Shown here: in pieces, positions 21,218 through 30,911 of the stretch
Layout: each line of letters opens with the position of its first letter
How positions within the stretch are numbered: position 1 is the stretch's first letter
Source of the DNA: Escherichia coli
GTDB taxonomy: Bacteria > Pseudomonadota > Gammaproteobacteria > Enterobacterales > Enterobacteriaceae
Strand: one strand, 5' to 3'
NCBI RefSeq assembly: GCF_011045215.1
Contig: NZ_CP049202.1
DNA: 64,000 nucleotides
Program-made: the position numbers and the translations under genes
The notes under the pieces: generated by a model
Told to the model about the DNA's origin: nothing
Databases searched by the model: none
The model's input: the letters and a program-made list of their open reading frames with translations, nothing else

Positions 21218-21852
21218 TTTTGTTTATCTCCCGGGTTATTCAGCAACGCCCGAGCCACCTGCCGGCAGTCCCCCGTGGCGGCCACTTTCTCCAGCGCCTG
21301 GCCGACCCGCAGGTTCCCCCGGATAATGTCGTATCCCTGACTGCAGAACACCACCAGTGCCGGTACACTGCGAATGCCGTACTGTGAAAACAGCGTCGGG
21401 TCGATCTGAACACCATCAGTCGCGCCGTCTTTCACCAGGGACAGCACGGCTTCAGCGGTGGTCTTCAGGTCATTGTTCACCATGCCCCGCAGTGTGGCGG
21501 GTATACCGTAGTGCCGGGTTTCGCCCAGCATCCGTTTCAGCCCCTCTTCGGGAATGGAAAACGACACAAAATACAGGGCACCCTGCCGGGGTTTCCCGTC
21601 CTGCGAAGCCTGCTGTTTACGAACCAGCTCATCCAGAAAATGGTTATCTGAACGCTGAAGGGGGTTTTCCAGCACCAGTTTCTCCGCCCAGGCCTTCAGC
21701 TGATGGTCAGGTTTTTCACGCAGTTGTCTGCTTAAATTTTCCTGCTGCTTCAGGAACTGGCGGTTTTCAGGAGTGTTCACATTTTCTGAGGCATGAACAG
21801 TGATATGCATCCCTGCAGTCAGGGCAAAAAGCGCAAATATTTTCCAGTTCAT
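21214..21852 (-). CDS. trbC: TrbC periplasmic pilus-assembly protein, 212 aa
   Basis: Start at MNWKIFALFALTAG. Size and position as in F. Confidence 0.85.
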   Translation of the reverse strand: MNWKIFALFALTAGMHITVHASENVNTPENRQFLKQQENLSRQLREKPDHQLKAWAEKLVLENPLQRSDNHFLDELVRKQQASQDGKPRQGALYFVSFSIPEEGLKRMLGETRHYGIPATLRGMVNNDLKTTAEAVLSLVKDGATDGVQIDPTLFSQYGIRSVPALVVFCSQGYDIIRGNLRVGQALEKVAATGDCRQVARALLNNPGDKQK

Positions 21853-21879
21853 GATATATCCTGATGGCATTATTACAAT

Positions 21880-22332
21880 TTAATTACCCGTAGGGTTTTC
21901 TCTCAGTTTTTCTGCCAGTTTTAAAAAAGCATCAAATTCTTTCTGATCTGCACATATTTTACTGGCTGTAACCGACACGGTTATTCCTGATATGTTATTG
22001 GCAGAGTCTTTAACATCATTATTATGGACGGAGACATTATCGGGACTGAAAATATAAACCTTTTCTCTGGGATAATCCCTGTCCACATCCTCCCGCCACT
22101 GAATCTGTTCTTTATCAAAACGGTGATACATTATTGAGGAAAACCGGCACAGCCAGTCGTCAATGCATGACAGCTTATCCAGTAATTGTTGCGAATGACG
22201 GACCTCACTGGCAAGCTGCCGGCACTCCATAATGCACCGTGACACACCACCATTTGCATTCACAAGCGCTTTCATTTCCAGCAGAACACCCATATCAAGT
22301 ATTCTGGAGCCATATTTTATATTATTACTCAT
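21880..22332 (-). CDS. Hypothetical soluble protein, 150 aa (cargo between traU and trbC)
   Basis: AT-rich ORF overlapping the upstream 116-aa ORF by 8 nt. No recognised motif. Confidence 0.5.
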   Translation of the reverse strand: MSNNIKYGSRILDMGVLLEMKALVNANGGVSRCIMECRQLASEVRHSQQLLDKLSCIDDWLCRFSSIMYHRFDKEQIQWREDVDRDYPREKVYIFSPDNVSVHNNDVKDSANNISGITVSVTASKICADQKEFDAFLKLAEKLRENPTGN

Positions 22333-22660
22333 TACATCCTCCTCTGTTTTTGTTTACACACTTACCTGGCATAAACGCATCAGAGCACAAATATTTAAAA
22401 AACACAGCAGCAAAAGCACACACAAATGCAGCTTTCAGATATAGCCGGACCAGAAACATTTTCCCTGACATATCTGACTGTTGCCATTCATAAATAACCT
22501 CACTGAGGACACTATCAGGAACAAAATAAAACAATATTGCAGGTGCCATTACCAGATTAAAAGGAAACCATTTTAATGGTTCATTTATCAGCCGGATAAG
22601 CACACAACCTGTTCTTTTTAAATTATGTGTGTATTTACTTTTTATCATCTCAATTTTCAT
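22325..22660 (-). CDS. Hypothetical two-TM membrane protein (about 111 aa)
   Basis: ORF 22325..22675. The ATG at 22660 has SD GAGAGGAA. Begins just after the traU stop. Confidence 0.5.
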   Translation of the reverse strand: MKIEMIKSKYTHNLKRTGCVLIRLINEPLKWFPFNLVMAPAILFYFVPDSVLSEVIYEWQQSDMSGKMFLVRLYLKAAFVCAFAAVFFKYLCSDAFMPGKCVNKNRGGCNE

Positions 22661-22688
22661 AGATATTCCTCTCATTTGTTAACTCGAT

Positions 22689-23681
22689 TTACAGGAAGAC
22701 ACAGTTACGTTTACGCCACATCAGGTAGCCGAAGTTTTTCTTTGTGTTGGGCGGATTTTTCCCGGTTTCCCAGCGGGTCACGCTGCGCCCGAACGGGTGG
22801 CACTGTCCGCTGTCCGGGTACATATTCACCATCTGGTAACGCCAGCGTTCTTTGGGCAGGATTGGGGACGGATATTCATTACAGACGGCGTTATTTTTCC
22901 CGATGGTTTCCATAATCATGCCCTGACGGTGCAGCTTGAACGCCATGCGTTCACTGACCAGCAGGGAGGACTGCAACGGACTGGACTCATTACTCACCCA
23001 GCCATTGAACGGGTACATGCTGCCCTGCGAGCCGGCACACCAGAACAGAACATCGAGAGGCATATTAAAGGCGCTGGCAATCGCATCTGCTGCACAGGCC
23101 CCCTGTGCTATCGGATTGGCAAAGATGACAGCTTCCGGATTGAGAATGGTGGTCAGGCTGCTGTCCGTCCAGGTGGGGTCAATTTCAGAAAGATAAGCGA
23201 TATCCAGGTCACCACCTTCCAGACAGCCCAGCGATGTGATGATGTTAAGCCAGTACGTCAGCGGGTATTTGTACCAGTGAACGTGATAGAACGCCCCGTT
23301 CACCTGCTTCTCATCCTTTTTCGCCGTTCCCTGTGCCGTTTTACCAAAAGCCGGCAGGCTGAAGCCCAGGTTCACCATGCATCCCGGTGACCGGGTGACG
23401 TCCGTCAGCGCCATCGGCTCCCAGTAACCAATGGCCAGCCCGATACGCCTGAACAGCGGCGGCGGTGCCGGACAAATCTGAATGGGCATCGACGGGTTCG
23501 CCGTGTCGGGGACCTTACCCTGACTGACTTTGATACTGCCCAGCGAGAGCGGGAAAATACAGCTCCAGCAGATATCCGTGATCGGGTTTACAAAACGCCC
23601 CTCACAGGCAGAATCCGCAGACGCCGCAGGGACATGACCGGCGAGAAGGAATAACATCAGCAGCCACAGGCTTCGCTTCAT
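22689..23681 (-). CDS. traU: TraU pilus-assembly protein, 330 aa
   Basis: Signal peptide, Cys-rich. Size and position as in F. Confidence 0.92.
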   Translation of the reverse strand: MKRSLWLLMLFLLAGHVPAASADSACEGRFVNPITDICWSCIFPLSLGSIKVSQGKVPDTANPSMPIQICPAPPPLFRRIGLAIGYWEPMALTDVTRSPGCMVNLGFSLPAFGKTAQGTAKKDEKQVNGAFYHVHWYKYPLTYWLNIITSLGCLEGGDLDIAYLSEIDPTWTDSSLTTILNPEAVIFANPIAQGACAADAIASAFNMPLDVLFWCAGSQGSMYPFNGWVSNESSPLQSSLLVSERMAFKLHRQGMIMETIGKNNAVCNEYPSPILPKERWRYQMVNMYPDSGQCHPFGRSVTRWETGKNPPNTKKNFGYLMWRKRNCVFL

Positions 23682-24310
23682 TTTCTGCCCTCCTCTGCCG
23701 GAATAAATTCCACCTTCAGGAAGCGATCGCCGGGAACGGCGCTCACCCGTGCCGGGACCTGATCAATGCCGAGGCGCTGGCAGAGCACACCGTTCTGGTC
23801 AAAGTAAACACGGCTGTCCAGAGACTTCTGCATCTCCGGGATACTGCCCTGCACGAGGATAATTTTGCTCTCCAGTGTGGGCGGCGTCTGGCGTTTCATC
23901 CAGGCCACCTGCGCCGGATCATCGCCATTGATGAAATACAGCGTCTGGTTAAAAGGAACATACTGCAGCGGATTCATCACTTCACCCTGACGGGCAAACA
24001 CCCGCCCTTCGTTATCCCGGATATCCGCAGCCAGTCTGACGGACGGGTCAAACAACCGGCTGCCGTATTTCTCCGTGCGTCCGATACCGGGCACGGCAGG
24101 GGGCCGCAGACTGTTGCGGATCACCCGCTCCTTAAAGGCATCCATTTTCCGGCCCATCTCACCGGACTGCTCCAGTGCCGTCAGGCGCTGCATGATCACC
24201 GTCAGCATGTCCGGCTCCTTTACCGGCCACAGATCGCCCCAGGTACCAAGATCGGCGGCGGCCACACTCTGCCCCCATATCAGCAGGGCAATCAGCCCCC
24301 GGCATCTCAT
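23678..24310 (-). CDS. traW: TraW pilus-assembly protein, 210 aa
   Basis: Start at MRCRGLIALLIWGQSVAA. ATGA overlaps with both trbI and traU. Confidence 0.88.
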   Translation of the reverse strand: MRCRGLIALLIWGQSVAAADLGTWGDLWPVKEPDMLTVIMQRLTALEQSGEMGRKMDAFKERVIRNSLRPPAVPGIGRTEKYGSRLFDPSVRLAADIRDNEGRVFARQGEVMNPLQYVPFNQTLYFINGDDPAQVAWMKRQTPPTLESKIILVQGSIPEMQKSLDSRVYFDQNGVLCQRLGIDQVPARVSAVPGDRFLKVEFIPAEEGRK

Positions 24311-24687
24311 GGTTCCGCCCTCATTCGCCGGGCAATATCCTGCTGGATTTCCCGGGTGATATCCGGTGCCCCCTGTACCACAGCAGGCGACACCAGAATG
24401 ACCGCGTGGTGTTTCTGCTGCCACGCCTGCAGGCTGGCTTCCAGTGCCGTGTTAAAACGCGCTGAAAGGGCTTTTGACTGCGCTTCTGACAGTTGTTTCT
24501 GACTGGCGCTGTCAAAAAACGCATCCACGGTCTGTTTCATGTTGAAGGCGACAGTCACCGGTGCGTTCAGTCTGACAATGCCGTAACTGACGACCGTATT
24601 TATTGCCAGTATCCCTGCCAGCGCCAGCCACCACGAATGTCGTGATACCTTCTTTCTTCGGTCTTTTAATTTCACATCAGTACTCAT
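24307..24687 (-). CDS. trbI: TrbI, 126 aa
   Basis: One TM segment. Located upstream of traW (toward traC), as in F. Confidence 0.8.
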   Translation of the reverse strand: MSTDVKLKDRRKKVSRHSWWLALAGILAINTVVSYGIVRLNAPVTVAFNMKQTVDAFFDSASQKQLSEAQSKALSARFNTALEASLQAWQQKHHAVILVSPAVVQGAPDITREIQQDIARRMRAEP

Positions 24688-24770
24688 AATAATGCCCCTG
24701 TTTTCTCTGTTTCCTCTTTGCGGTAATATGCTTCCCTGATTTTCAGGTAAGTTAAAAAGGTGCGTTTTAT

Positions 24771-25878
24771 ATGACGAAAAAAATCCTCTTATTTTCCCTG
24801 ATTTTTATTTTTAGTATCACCGGCACTTTTTCTCTTATGATAAACGGCAAACAGAAAAAAAGTGCAGATAAAATCATTCCCGCAATCAACGCTAAATATA
24901 ATAATAAATGGCTTACACACAGATTAATAAAAATGGACTATGATAATGGAACGGCTTTATCTGTTATTCAGAAAGCATGGAATAACACCGAATACTTCAT
25001 CCTCTCAGCCAGAAAAAAAATGCCAGTCAGCCACAACCACTCTTAATTTTCTTTACTGCACAAATGATTTGCTTGGCGAAATGTTTCCTTATAAGGAATC
25101 CAATATGGTCAGCCCGGCATATGCCAGTCAGTTCTCTGATTGCGATCTGAATGTCTATCTTCTCATTGACGCAGCAAAAGAATCTGGCAGGCAGATTGAG
25201 ATCATATTCGCCCCCTTCCACGCTTTTATTTCATATATTGATGATAATAATGCAAGAGCATACTGGGAAACAACCGCCAACCATAATAAAGGTTCTGTTG
25301 CGGATTTAAATGATAATCACTGGTATCAAAAAACATTCAATAAATTCTATTATGTTCCTCGTAGTGAAAATTACATAGAATCACTCTACTCTGTACTGAT
25401 TGCAAATAGTGTAGACTCATCACATAAAAAAGAAATATACAACAATCTTAAGCCGGAAATAAAAAAGACACCATTAGCCTATGATCTGTACTACAGCATG
25501 AAAAATGAAATCTCGTCTCAGGATGCCGAACAGATTAATCTTTTGTTAAGAGAAGACATTACCTCATCATATAAACAACTTCTTCTTACCGGATACTTCA
25601 TTAAAAACAACAATACAGAAGCAGCCCAAAAAATCATTGACAACATACGAGCAAAAAACTGTAAATCAGACTGCATTAGGTTTAAGAAAAAAGTGTACTG
25701 GTACTTTTTTCCATCATATCTGATCTCTCAATATGCATCGGAATTTGGCGTCACACTATCCCTTGAAGATATATATTATTATTACGCATTCAATATTATC
25801 ATTATTCTGTTTAGTTCCCTTTTATTTTTGCCTAAAAGCAGAGATAAGAACAAGAAAAGGCGTGAGAACAATAAATAA
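24771..25878 (+). pseudogene. Frameshifted gene for a secreted/membrane transglutaminase-like (papain-fold) plus TPR-like protein; about 368 aa if restored
   Basis: ORFs 24771..25046 and 24940..25878 join if the A8 tract at 25013-25020 were A7. N-terminal signal/TM and C-terminal TM are present. The segment SDCDLNVYLLIDAAKESGRQIEIIFAPFHAFISYIDD resembles transglut_core2 (SirB1-like) proteins. Confidence 0.5.
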
Positions 25879-26238
25879 CAGAGCAGGCACACCCCCATCC
25901 ATAAGGAAACTCAGGGGGAGACTGCAGGTTACAGGCACCATGATATAGCATCCCATCACGATCAAAGGGCGATGACGACACAGTTCTGTATATTCATATA
26001 ACCCGGTTCTGCCATATAAATCCCTGACAAGCAAAGACGGAGCAATCATAAACAAAACGCTTACAATGGCATAAATCATCAGCACATATTTTGTTTCTCT
26101 CAGAAATGGTTCCGGTGTATTTATTTCTGATTCAACAAAACGCTCATACCAGTACAGAAACAGGTCGCCACAGGCCACACTGTTAAGGATAAAAAATAAG
26201 ACAATATCAGATACCTTCTTTATATGACAAAATTTCAT
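25822..26238 (-). CDS. Hypothetical 4-TM membrane protein, 138 aa, immediately downstream of traC
   Basis: ATG at 26238 with SD AAGGGG. Its 3' end overlaps the convergent + strand ORF by 57 nt. Confidence 0.55.
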   Translation of the reverse strand: MKFCHIKKVSDIVLFFILNSVACGDLFLYWYERFVESEINTPEPFLRETKYVLMIYAIVSVLFMIAPSLLVRDLYGRTGLYEYTELCRHRPLIVMGCYIMVPVTCSLPLSFLMDGGVPALLFIVLTPFLVLISAFRQK

Positions 26239-26260
26239 ATATACCCCTTGTGACCAACCC

Positions 26261-28906
26261 TTAACCCCAGTTTCCTGACATTCGTTCGCCGGACATTTCA
26301 TGCTCTTTTAACCAGGCTTCCAGCGAAGCCATCTCCGGCCCTGACTTCTTCCACGCCAGCTGCCACACCGCCTCATGAATACTCAGGCCCTCTTTACGCT
26401 TCTGCTGCACAAACTCAAAATCCGGGCCGTCGGAGCTGTACATGGCACGGCTTAACGGGTCCACAAACAGACGGTGCCAGGAGGAATGGTTTTCCACCTG
26501 CAGCAGGAAGGAACTGAACCACTGGTCTTTAGCCGCACCAAACTTGCCAATCATGTCCCGCTGCAGTGGCAGGAACTGGTCCGGGAATAACTGGTTATAT
26601 TTCGCGAACTCCTTCGCACTCTGTTTGAGGATAATTTTGTAGGAGGAGTTACCCCATGCCGCACGGGCCGCACTGGAGGCCTTGTCAGAGTCAAAGTCGA
26701 CGATGTTCTGTGTGATGGTGATATAGGCACCGGTATGACGGCGACAGGTGCGGTAACCTTTTTGAATAAACTCACCGACTTTACGATTTTTGAAGTCCAG
26801 CAGACGCCAGCCTTCATCAATGACGTTCAGTTTTTTGAGAGTACGCGGCGTGCGGTACATCCTGTTCTCGATGTAGATAATCAGGGAGAACATCACCGCA
26901 ACCAGCAGGGACGGACGGTCTTCCAGTCCACCCAGCTCCAGCACCACCATTCTGGCATCATCCCGCAGGGACGGTTCATCAGAGTTAAAATACCGGCCGT
27001 AAGTGCCGCCAGCGGTATATTGATCCAGAAGGACAATCATTTCATCCAGACGGCTGCGGATGGTCGGAGACTCGACATACTGGTCGTTATCACGGGCGTT
27101 TTTCAGGAAATCCACCACATCATCGATGCGCGCCTTATTCTTTTTAGCCAGCCAGGAGGCCCTGACCGCCTGCAGCAGCAGACCTTCATGTACTTCATCC
27201 AGGTTACCGTTGGGGCTGGCCATCACCGACAACTGGTCACGGACACGCTCCGCTGACTGGTCAATATCAGTGATGTTCGCAAACGGGTTAAAACGCAGGG
27301 TTTCACCGTCCAGATATACGCCCCCCATGTTCTCACACAGGGACTTGTAGCCATCCCCCATGTCGAACACCACGGCAAAGCCCCCGGAGTCCAGCACGCT
27401 GCGGATAAGTGGCTGTATCAGTCCGGTTTTACCGGCCCCGGAGGTGCCACAGACCGCCATGTTGTAGTTGGTGTTATTCATCCCCTTAAAGAAGATATCG
27501 ATAAACGCCAGCTGGTTACGGTAGGTGGGCGCCAGCAGACCTGCCGGTGTCAGGGGATTATCCGCCACTAACGGCATCAGGTTGGCCACATTAAAACTCT
27601 CTGCCCGCTGTACCACTCCGGCCTCTTTCAGCTGTTTAAACAGCCCTTTCCCGGCCATAAAGGGCAGGCAGGTCAGGAAATTGCGCATGTGGTTAAAGCG
27701 CGGTGAAATCAGCTCAAAACCGTTTTTACGAAAGCTGTTCAGGATGTCCTGCTCCACTTCCAGTGCCGTTTCATTATTGTCCCTGCAGAAGGCTGTGATG
27801 TTGAGGAAGTAGGACACGACAGAAGACTGGCCGGAGCCCAGCCGCTGGCGCAGTTCCCCCCACTCCTTCGCCTCCTTTTCAACTGACGGAAACCATTTGG
27901 CATAGGAGGTCTTCGACTTTTTCTCCAGGTCCATGTACTTCAGGTTGGCTTCGCTGTGGGTTTTCACCTGGTCTTCCACCACCAGAGTCAACGTCAGGAT
28001 GAACGGGCAGGAAATGGACATTTCCGGGTTCAGCAGATTGCTGTAGTTGTCGGCCATGTTCCACAGGAAGGCGATTTCCGGGTTACGGGCCAGATGGAAA
28101 TTCAGGATGCGGGCCGTGCTGTTCCTGCCGTTCTCACGCAGGCCCAGCGTCAGGTAATCAGCCCGGACTTTCAGGTCAAAACTGTCCTCCACACACTGAT
28201 AATTCAGATCAGAATACGGATCCAGCTGACGTCTTTTCGGGTACAGAGAGTCCGGATTATGGTTAATCATCTCCCCGACAATCTCGATGAAAGCCTGTGC
28301 ATCCACTGTCTGTGTGGTGATTTTTGCGCCGTGAAAAGAGGCACGGATGATTTTCACCAGATTTTCCATTTCCAGAATGTCAGCCCGGCTTTTTTTCTTC
28401 GAGGGAGAACAGTACGAGATAAACACCCGGTAATGGCGCAGGGTCAGGGGCAGATTCATCCCCTCCGGCAGCGGGAACTGTGTCGCTGCCGCTTTCATAT
28501 AATAGGCACGGGTAATGGCGTTAAACCGTTCAGCCTGTTCACCTGACCAGGAGAACTCACGCAGCCCGTATTCAATCCTGTCACCAACCAGCTGACTGGA
28601 CATCAGATGGATACACAACGGAATACCGCGCGGCAGTTTGGTGCGCAGCATATGATCGAGAGCCTCCACAATGGACTCATTCGCACCATTGATGGGAATG
28701 GCTTCCAGCATAAAGCCCATCGTGGTGTCATTCATGAACAGGCCGGACTCCTGGTTGTAATCACGGTACGGCAGCAGACGGCTGAACTGCGGGAAGCTCA
28801 TCTCACCGAGGATCTGATTAGCCTGAGAGGATTCATCCGGTAATTTAAGCGCAGTCAGCAGTGAATTAACCGCCTGAGTGACGGTCTCAAGTGGGTTTTT
28901 ACTCAT
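26261..28906 (-). CDS. traC: TraC (VirB4-family) pilus-assembly ATPase, 881 aa
   Basis: Walker A GTSGAGKTG. Matches F TraC as recalled except for the last ~12 residues. Confidence 0.95.
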   Translation of the reverse strand: MSKNPLETVTQAVNSLLTALKLPDESSQANQILGEMSFPQFSRLLPYRDYNQESGLFMNDTTMGFMLEAIPINGANESIVEALDHMLRTKLPRGIPLCIHLMSSQLVGDRIEYGLREFSWSGEQAERFNAITRAYYMKAAATQFPLPEGMNLPLTLRHYRVFISYCSPSKKKSRADILEMENLVKIIRASFHGAKITTQTVDAQAFIEIVGEMINHNPDSLYPKRRQLDPYSDLNYQCVEDSFDLKVRADYLTLGLRENGRNSTARILNFHLARNPEIAFLWNMADNYSNLLNPEMSISCPFILTLTLVVEDQVKTHSEANLKYMDLEKKSKTSYAKWFPSVEKEAKEWGELRQRLGSGQSSVVSYFLNITAFCRDNNETALEVEQDILNSFRKNGFELISPRFNHMRNFLTCLPFMAGKGLFKQLKEAGVVQRAESFNVANLMPLVADNPLTPAGLLAPTYRNQLAFIDIFFKGMNNTNYNMAVCGTSGAGKTGLIQPLIRSVLDSGGFAVVFDMGDGYKSLCENMGGVYLDGETLRFNPFANITDIDQSAERVRDQLSVMASPNGNLDEVHEGLLLQAVRASWLAKKNKARIDDVVDFLKNARDNDQYVESPTIRSRLDEMIVLLDQYTAGGTYGRYFNSDEPSLRDDARMVVLELGGLEDRPSLLVAVMFSLIIYIENRMYRTPRTLKKLNVIDEGWRLLDFKNRKVGEFIQKGYRTCRRHTGAYITITQNIVDFDSDKASSAARAAWGNSSYKIILKQSAKEFAKYNQLFPDQFLPLQRDMIGKFGAAKDQWFSSFLLQVENHSSWHRLFVDPLSRAMYSSDGPDFEFVQQKRKEGLSIHEAVWQLAWKKSGPEMASLEAWLKEHEMSGERMSGNWG

Positions 28907-29032
28907 ATGAGTATTCCTTAGTGCGTTTAAAAAAGGAAAATATCAGTCTGTGGGCCGTGGATATATCACGCAGTGCCATTCTTAAAACCACAGCACAAAT
29001 AAGAGATGGAGGCTTTTAACAGGAAAACAGGA

Positions 29033-29395
29033 TTAACGTTCCTTTACTGAATGAGCATCATTTAATGCCTGAAGTTGTTTTTCGCGTATCTTATTGCGCT
29101 CGTTTTCTCTTACCCGTTTCACCTCTGCCATTTCGTTTCTTTCTCTACACGCTGATGCAAGCTCTTTTGCCTTACCAAGACTTAAAGGTTCAGGCTGATA
29201 ATCAGATGTGTCAGACTTAATAGCTTCCTTAAATGCTTCTGCTGCACAGGGGGTATCCTGTGTAATCTCTGTCAGTTGTTCTGGTGTTGCAGGTTGTTGC
29301 TCAAGGTAATCATTGTAAAAAAGACCACATATCAACATAGCCATAACACCAACAAATATAAAAGCCAGAACAGATTTTAAATATATCGACTTCAT
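29033..29395 (-). CDS. Hypothetical TM-anchored protein with a charged C-terminal region, 120 aa
   Basis: N-terminal TM. ATGA overlap with the upstream ORF. Confidence 0.5.
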   Translation of the reverse strand: MKSIYLKSVLAFIFVGVMAMLICGLFYNDYLEQQPATPEQLTEITQDTPCAAEAFKEAIKSDTSDYQPEPLSLGKAKELASACRERNEMAEVKRVRENERNKIREKQLQALNDAHSVKER

Positions 29396-29662
29396 TTCAT
29401 TTTAGCCTTATATAATTCCCATTGTCGGATATACTCCTCATACTGAGCCACTGGCACATTAACGATGACTCCGGCACACTCCAGTTTATTAACCGGTTCA
29501 GTAAATGCGCCTGTCGGTATATTCACTTCCAGAAATTTACAGTCATTTTTCCAGTATCTCCCGACATCCAGTTCATCCATCGTGAATGACTGACTGGCGA
29601 ACACAACAAGCGTAATAAAAGAAAAACATCCAGTAAGCACACTACAAACTAATATTTTTCAT
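29392..29662 (-). pseudogene. Small exported protein gene; the ATG at 29662 is out of frame with the body because of an A5 tract (a GTG at 29640 is a possible alternative start)
   Basis: The ATG overlaps the upstream ORF's stop (ATGA). With A4 instead of A5 (29655-29659) the product would start MKILVCSVLTGCFSFITLVVFASQSF. Confidence 0.4.
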
Positions 29663-29796
29663 CTGCTGATCTGCAGACTGAATTTTTCAGGGATAACAAA
29701 CATAGCCAGTAAGTTAACAACACAGATAACCACAAGAAAGAGACACAGGAATATAAACCAGTCGATATTATTTCCTTCGAAGTAGTAAGCTCTCAT
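29659..29796 (-). CDS. Small hydrophobic peptide, 45 aa
   Basis: MRAYYFEGNNIDWFIFLCLFLVVICVVNLLAMFVIPEKFSLQISR. ATGA coupling at both ends. Translated by hand; not in the ORF track. Confidence 0.4.
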   Translation of the reverse strand: MRAYYFEGNNIDWFIFLCLFLVVICVVNLLAMFVIPEKFSLQISR

Positions 29797-30011
29797 TGCC
29801 CACCACCATTCAGTGTTTCCATCACATTGTTCAAAGGTTCATTTGTTTTAACTTCAATACACTCCCCTGTATTTCCAAAGCCCCTGCCTCCATGCGCTTC
29901 GATTGTCCGAAGAACCTGCACGCATACGTCCGTATTTGGCATGGGAGTAACATTCCAGCTTCCGCCACCGTTAATATTTTTTATCAGCACAAGAAAAATA
30001 AAGGTATGCAT
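29793..30011 (-). CDS. Hypothetical small protein, 72 aa
   Basis: ORF in the coupled chain between traR and traC. Confidence 0.4.
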   Translation of the reverse strand: MHTFIFLVLIKNINGGGSWNVTPMPNTDVCVQVLRTIEAHGGRGFGNTGECIEVKTNEPLNNVMETLNGGGQ

Positions 30012-30089
30012 TCTTTATTACCTCCAGTTAAATATTAATCACTGAATATTCATTCAGTTAACTATGAGGTCAGAAACACCGCAGATTTT

Positions 30090-30563
30090 TCATTCGGATT
30101 TACTCTCTTCAGAAAACTGCCGGATGGTATCCTGTTCACGCTGACGAGTGGCAGACTCCTGCATTGCATCCACTTTCTCCTGCCAGAGACGCCGGATATC
30201 CTTTTCATCCCGACCAGTCAGTTTTTTACCGGACAGCAGACGGTTAAGCAGTTCCTGTCTCGCATCCGGTATGTCTTCAGTCAGACGCATAAGCTGAAGC
30301 AGGCTCTGACGGCTGAGGACCATGAGTGATTCTGGCAGGAGGGTGAAGAAGCAAATAAAACAGCATACCGCACCACTGCAGGCAAGGACCGCAAACAGGA
30401 TTTTCAGATATATACCATCAACGCCGAACGCAGCAATAACACAGGGAATCCATGCAATACACGCACAAAACGCCAGGATGTTATATATTCGGTTATGTCT
30501 GCGATATATCTGTTGATGTTCATCCAGAATAAAATCGATTTTTTCAGCTTCTGATTTATGCAT
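30090..30563 (-). CDS. Hypothetical two-TM protein with a helical C-terminal tail, 157 aa
   Basis: Start at MHKSEAEKIDF overlaps the traR 3' end. Hydrophobic core ILAFCACIAWIPCVIAAF...AVLACSGAVCCFICFF. Confidence 0.5.
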   Translation of the reverse strand: MHKSEAEKIDFILDEHQQIYRRHNRIYNILAFCACIAWIPCVIAAFGVDGIYLKILFAVLACSGAVCCFICFFTLLPESLMVLSRQSLLQLMRLTEDIPDARQELLNRLLSGKKLTGRDEKDIRRLWQEKVDAMQESATRQREQDTIRQFSEESKSE

Positions 30564-30777
30564 AGTGTTTCCTCTGCCTTTCCTGATACGCCTGACATTC
30601 AACACATAACGTCACACCGGGAAATATTTTCCGCCGGGCTTCCGGAACAGGATTTCCGCATGCTTCACAGAGATAAACAGGAATACCATGAACATTTATT
30701 TTCTGGCGTATCCGGTTTATTCCTGTCATGGTCAGTTGTTCTGTCACTGAATATGCTTCATCGGCTTCATCACTCAC
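30556..30777 (-). CDS. traR: TraR, DksA/TraR-type C4 zinc-finger protein, 73 aa
   Basis: CEAC...CVEC motif. Position after traV. Confidence 0.9.
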   Translation of the reverse strand: MSDEADEAYSVTEQLTMTGINRIRQKINVHGIPVYLCEACGNPVPEARRKIFPGVTLCVECQAYQERQRKHYA

Positions 30778-30911
30778 GGAATATTCCTCCCGACATGTTC
30801 TGACACGCTACCGCCCATCCCTTTTCACGCACAGGGCACTCGTTTTACAGGCAGATTTTGAATACAGAAAGCCCGCCGGCATTGCCGGCTGATATACAAC
30901 TTCAGGGCCAG

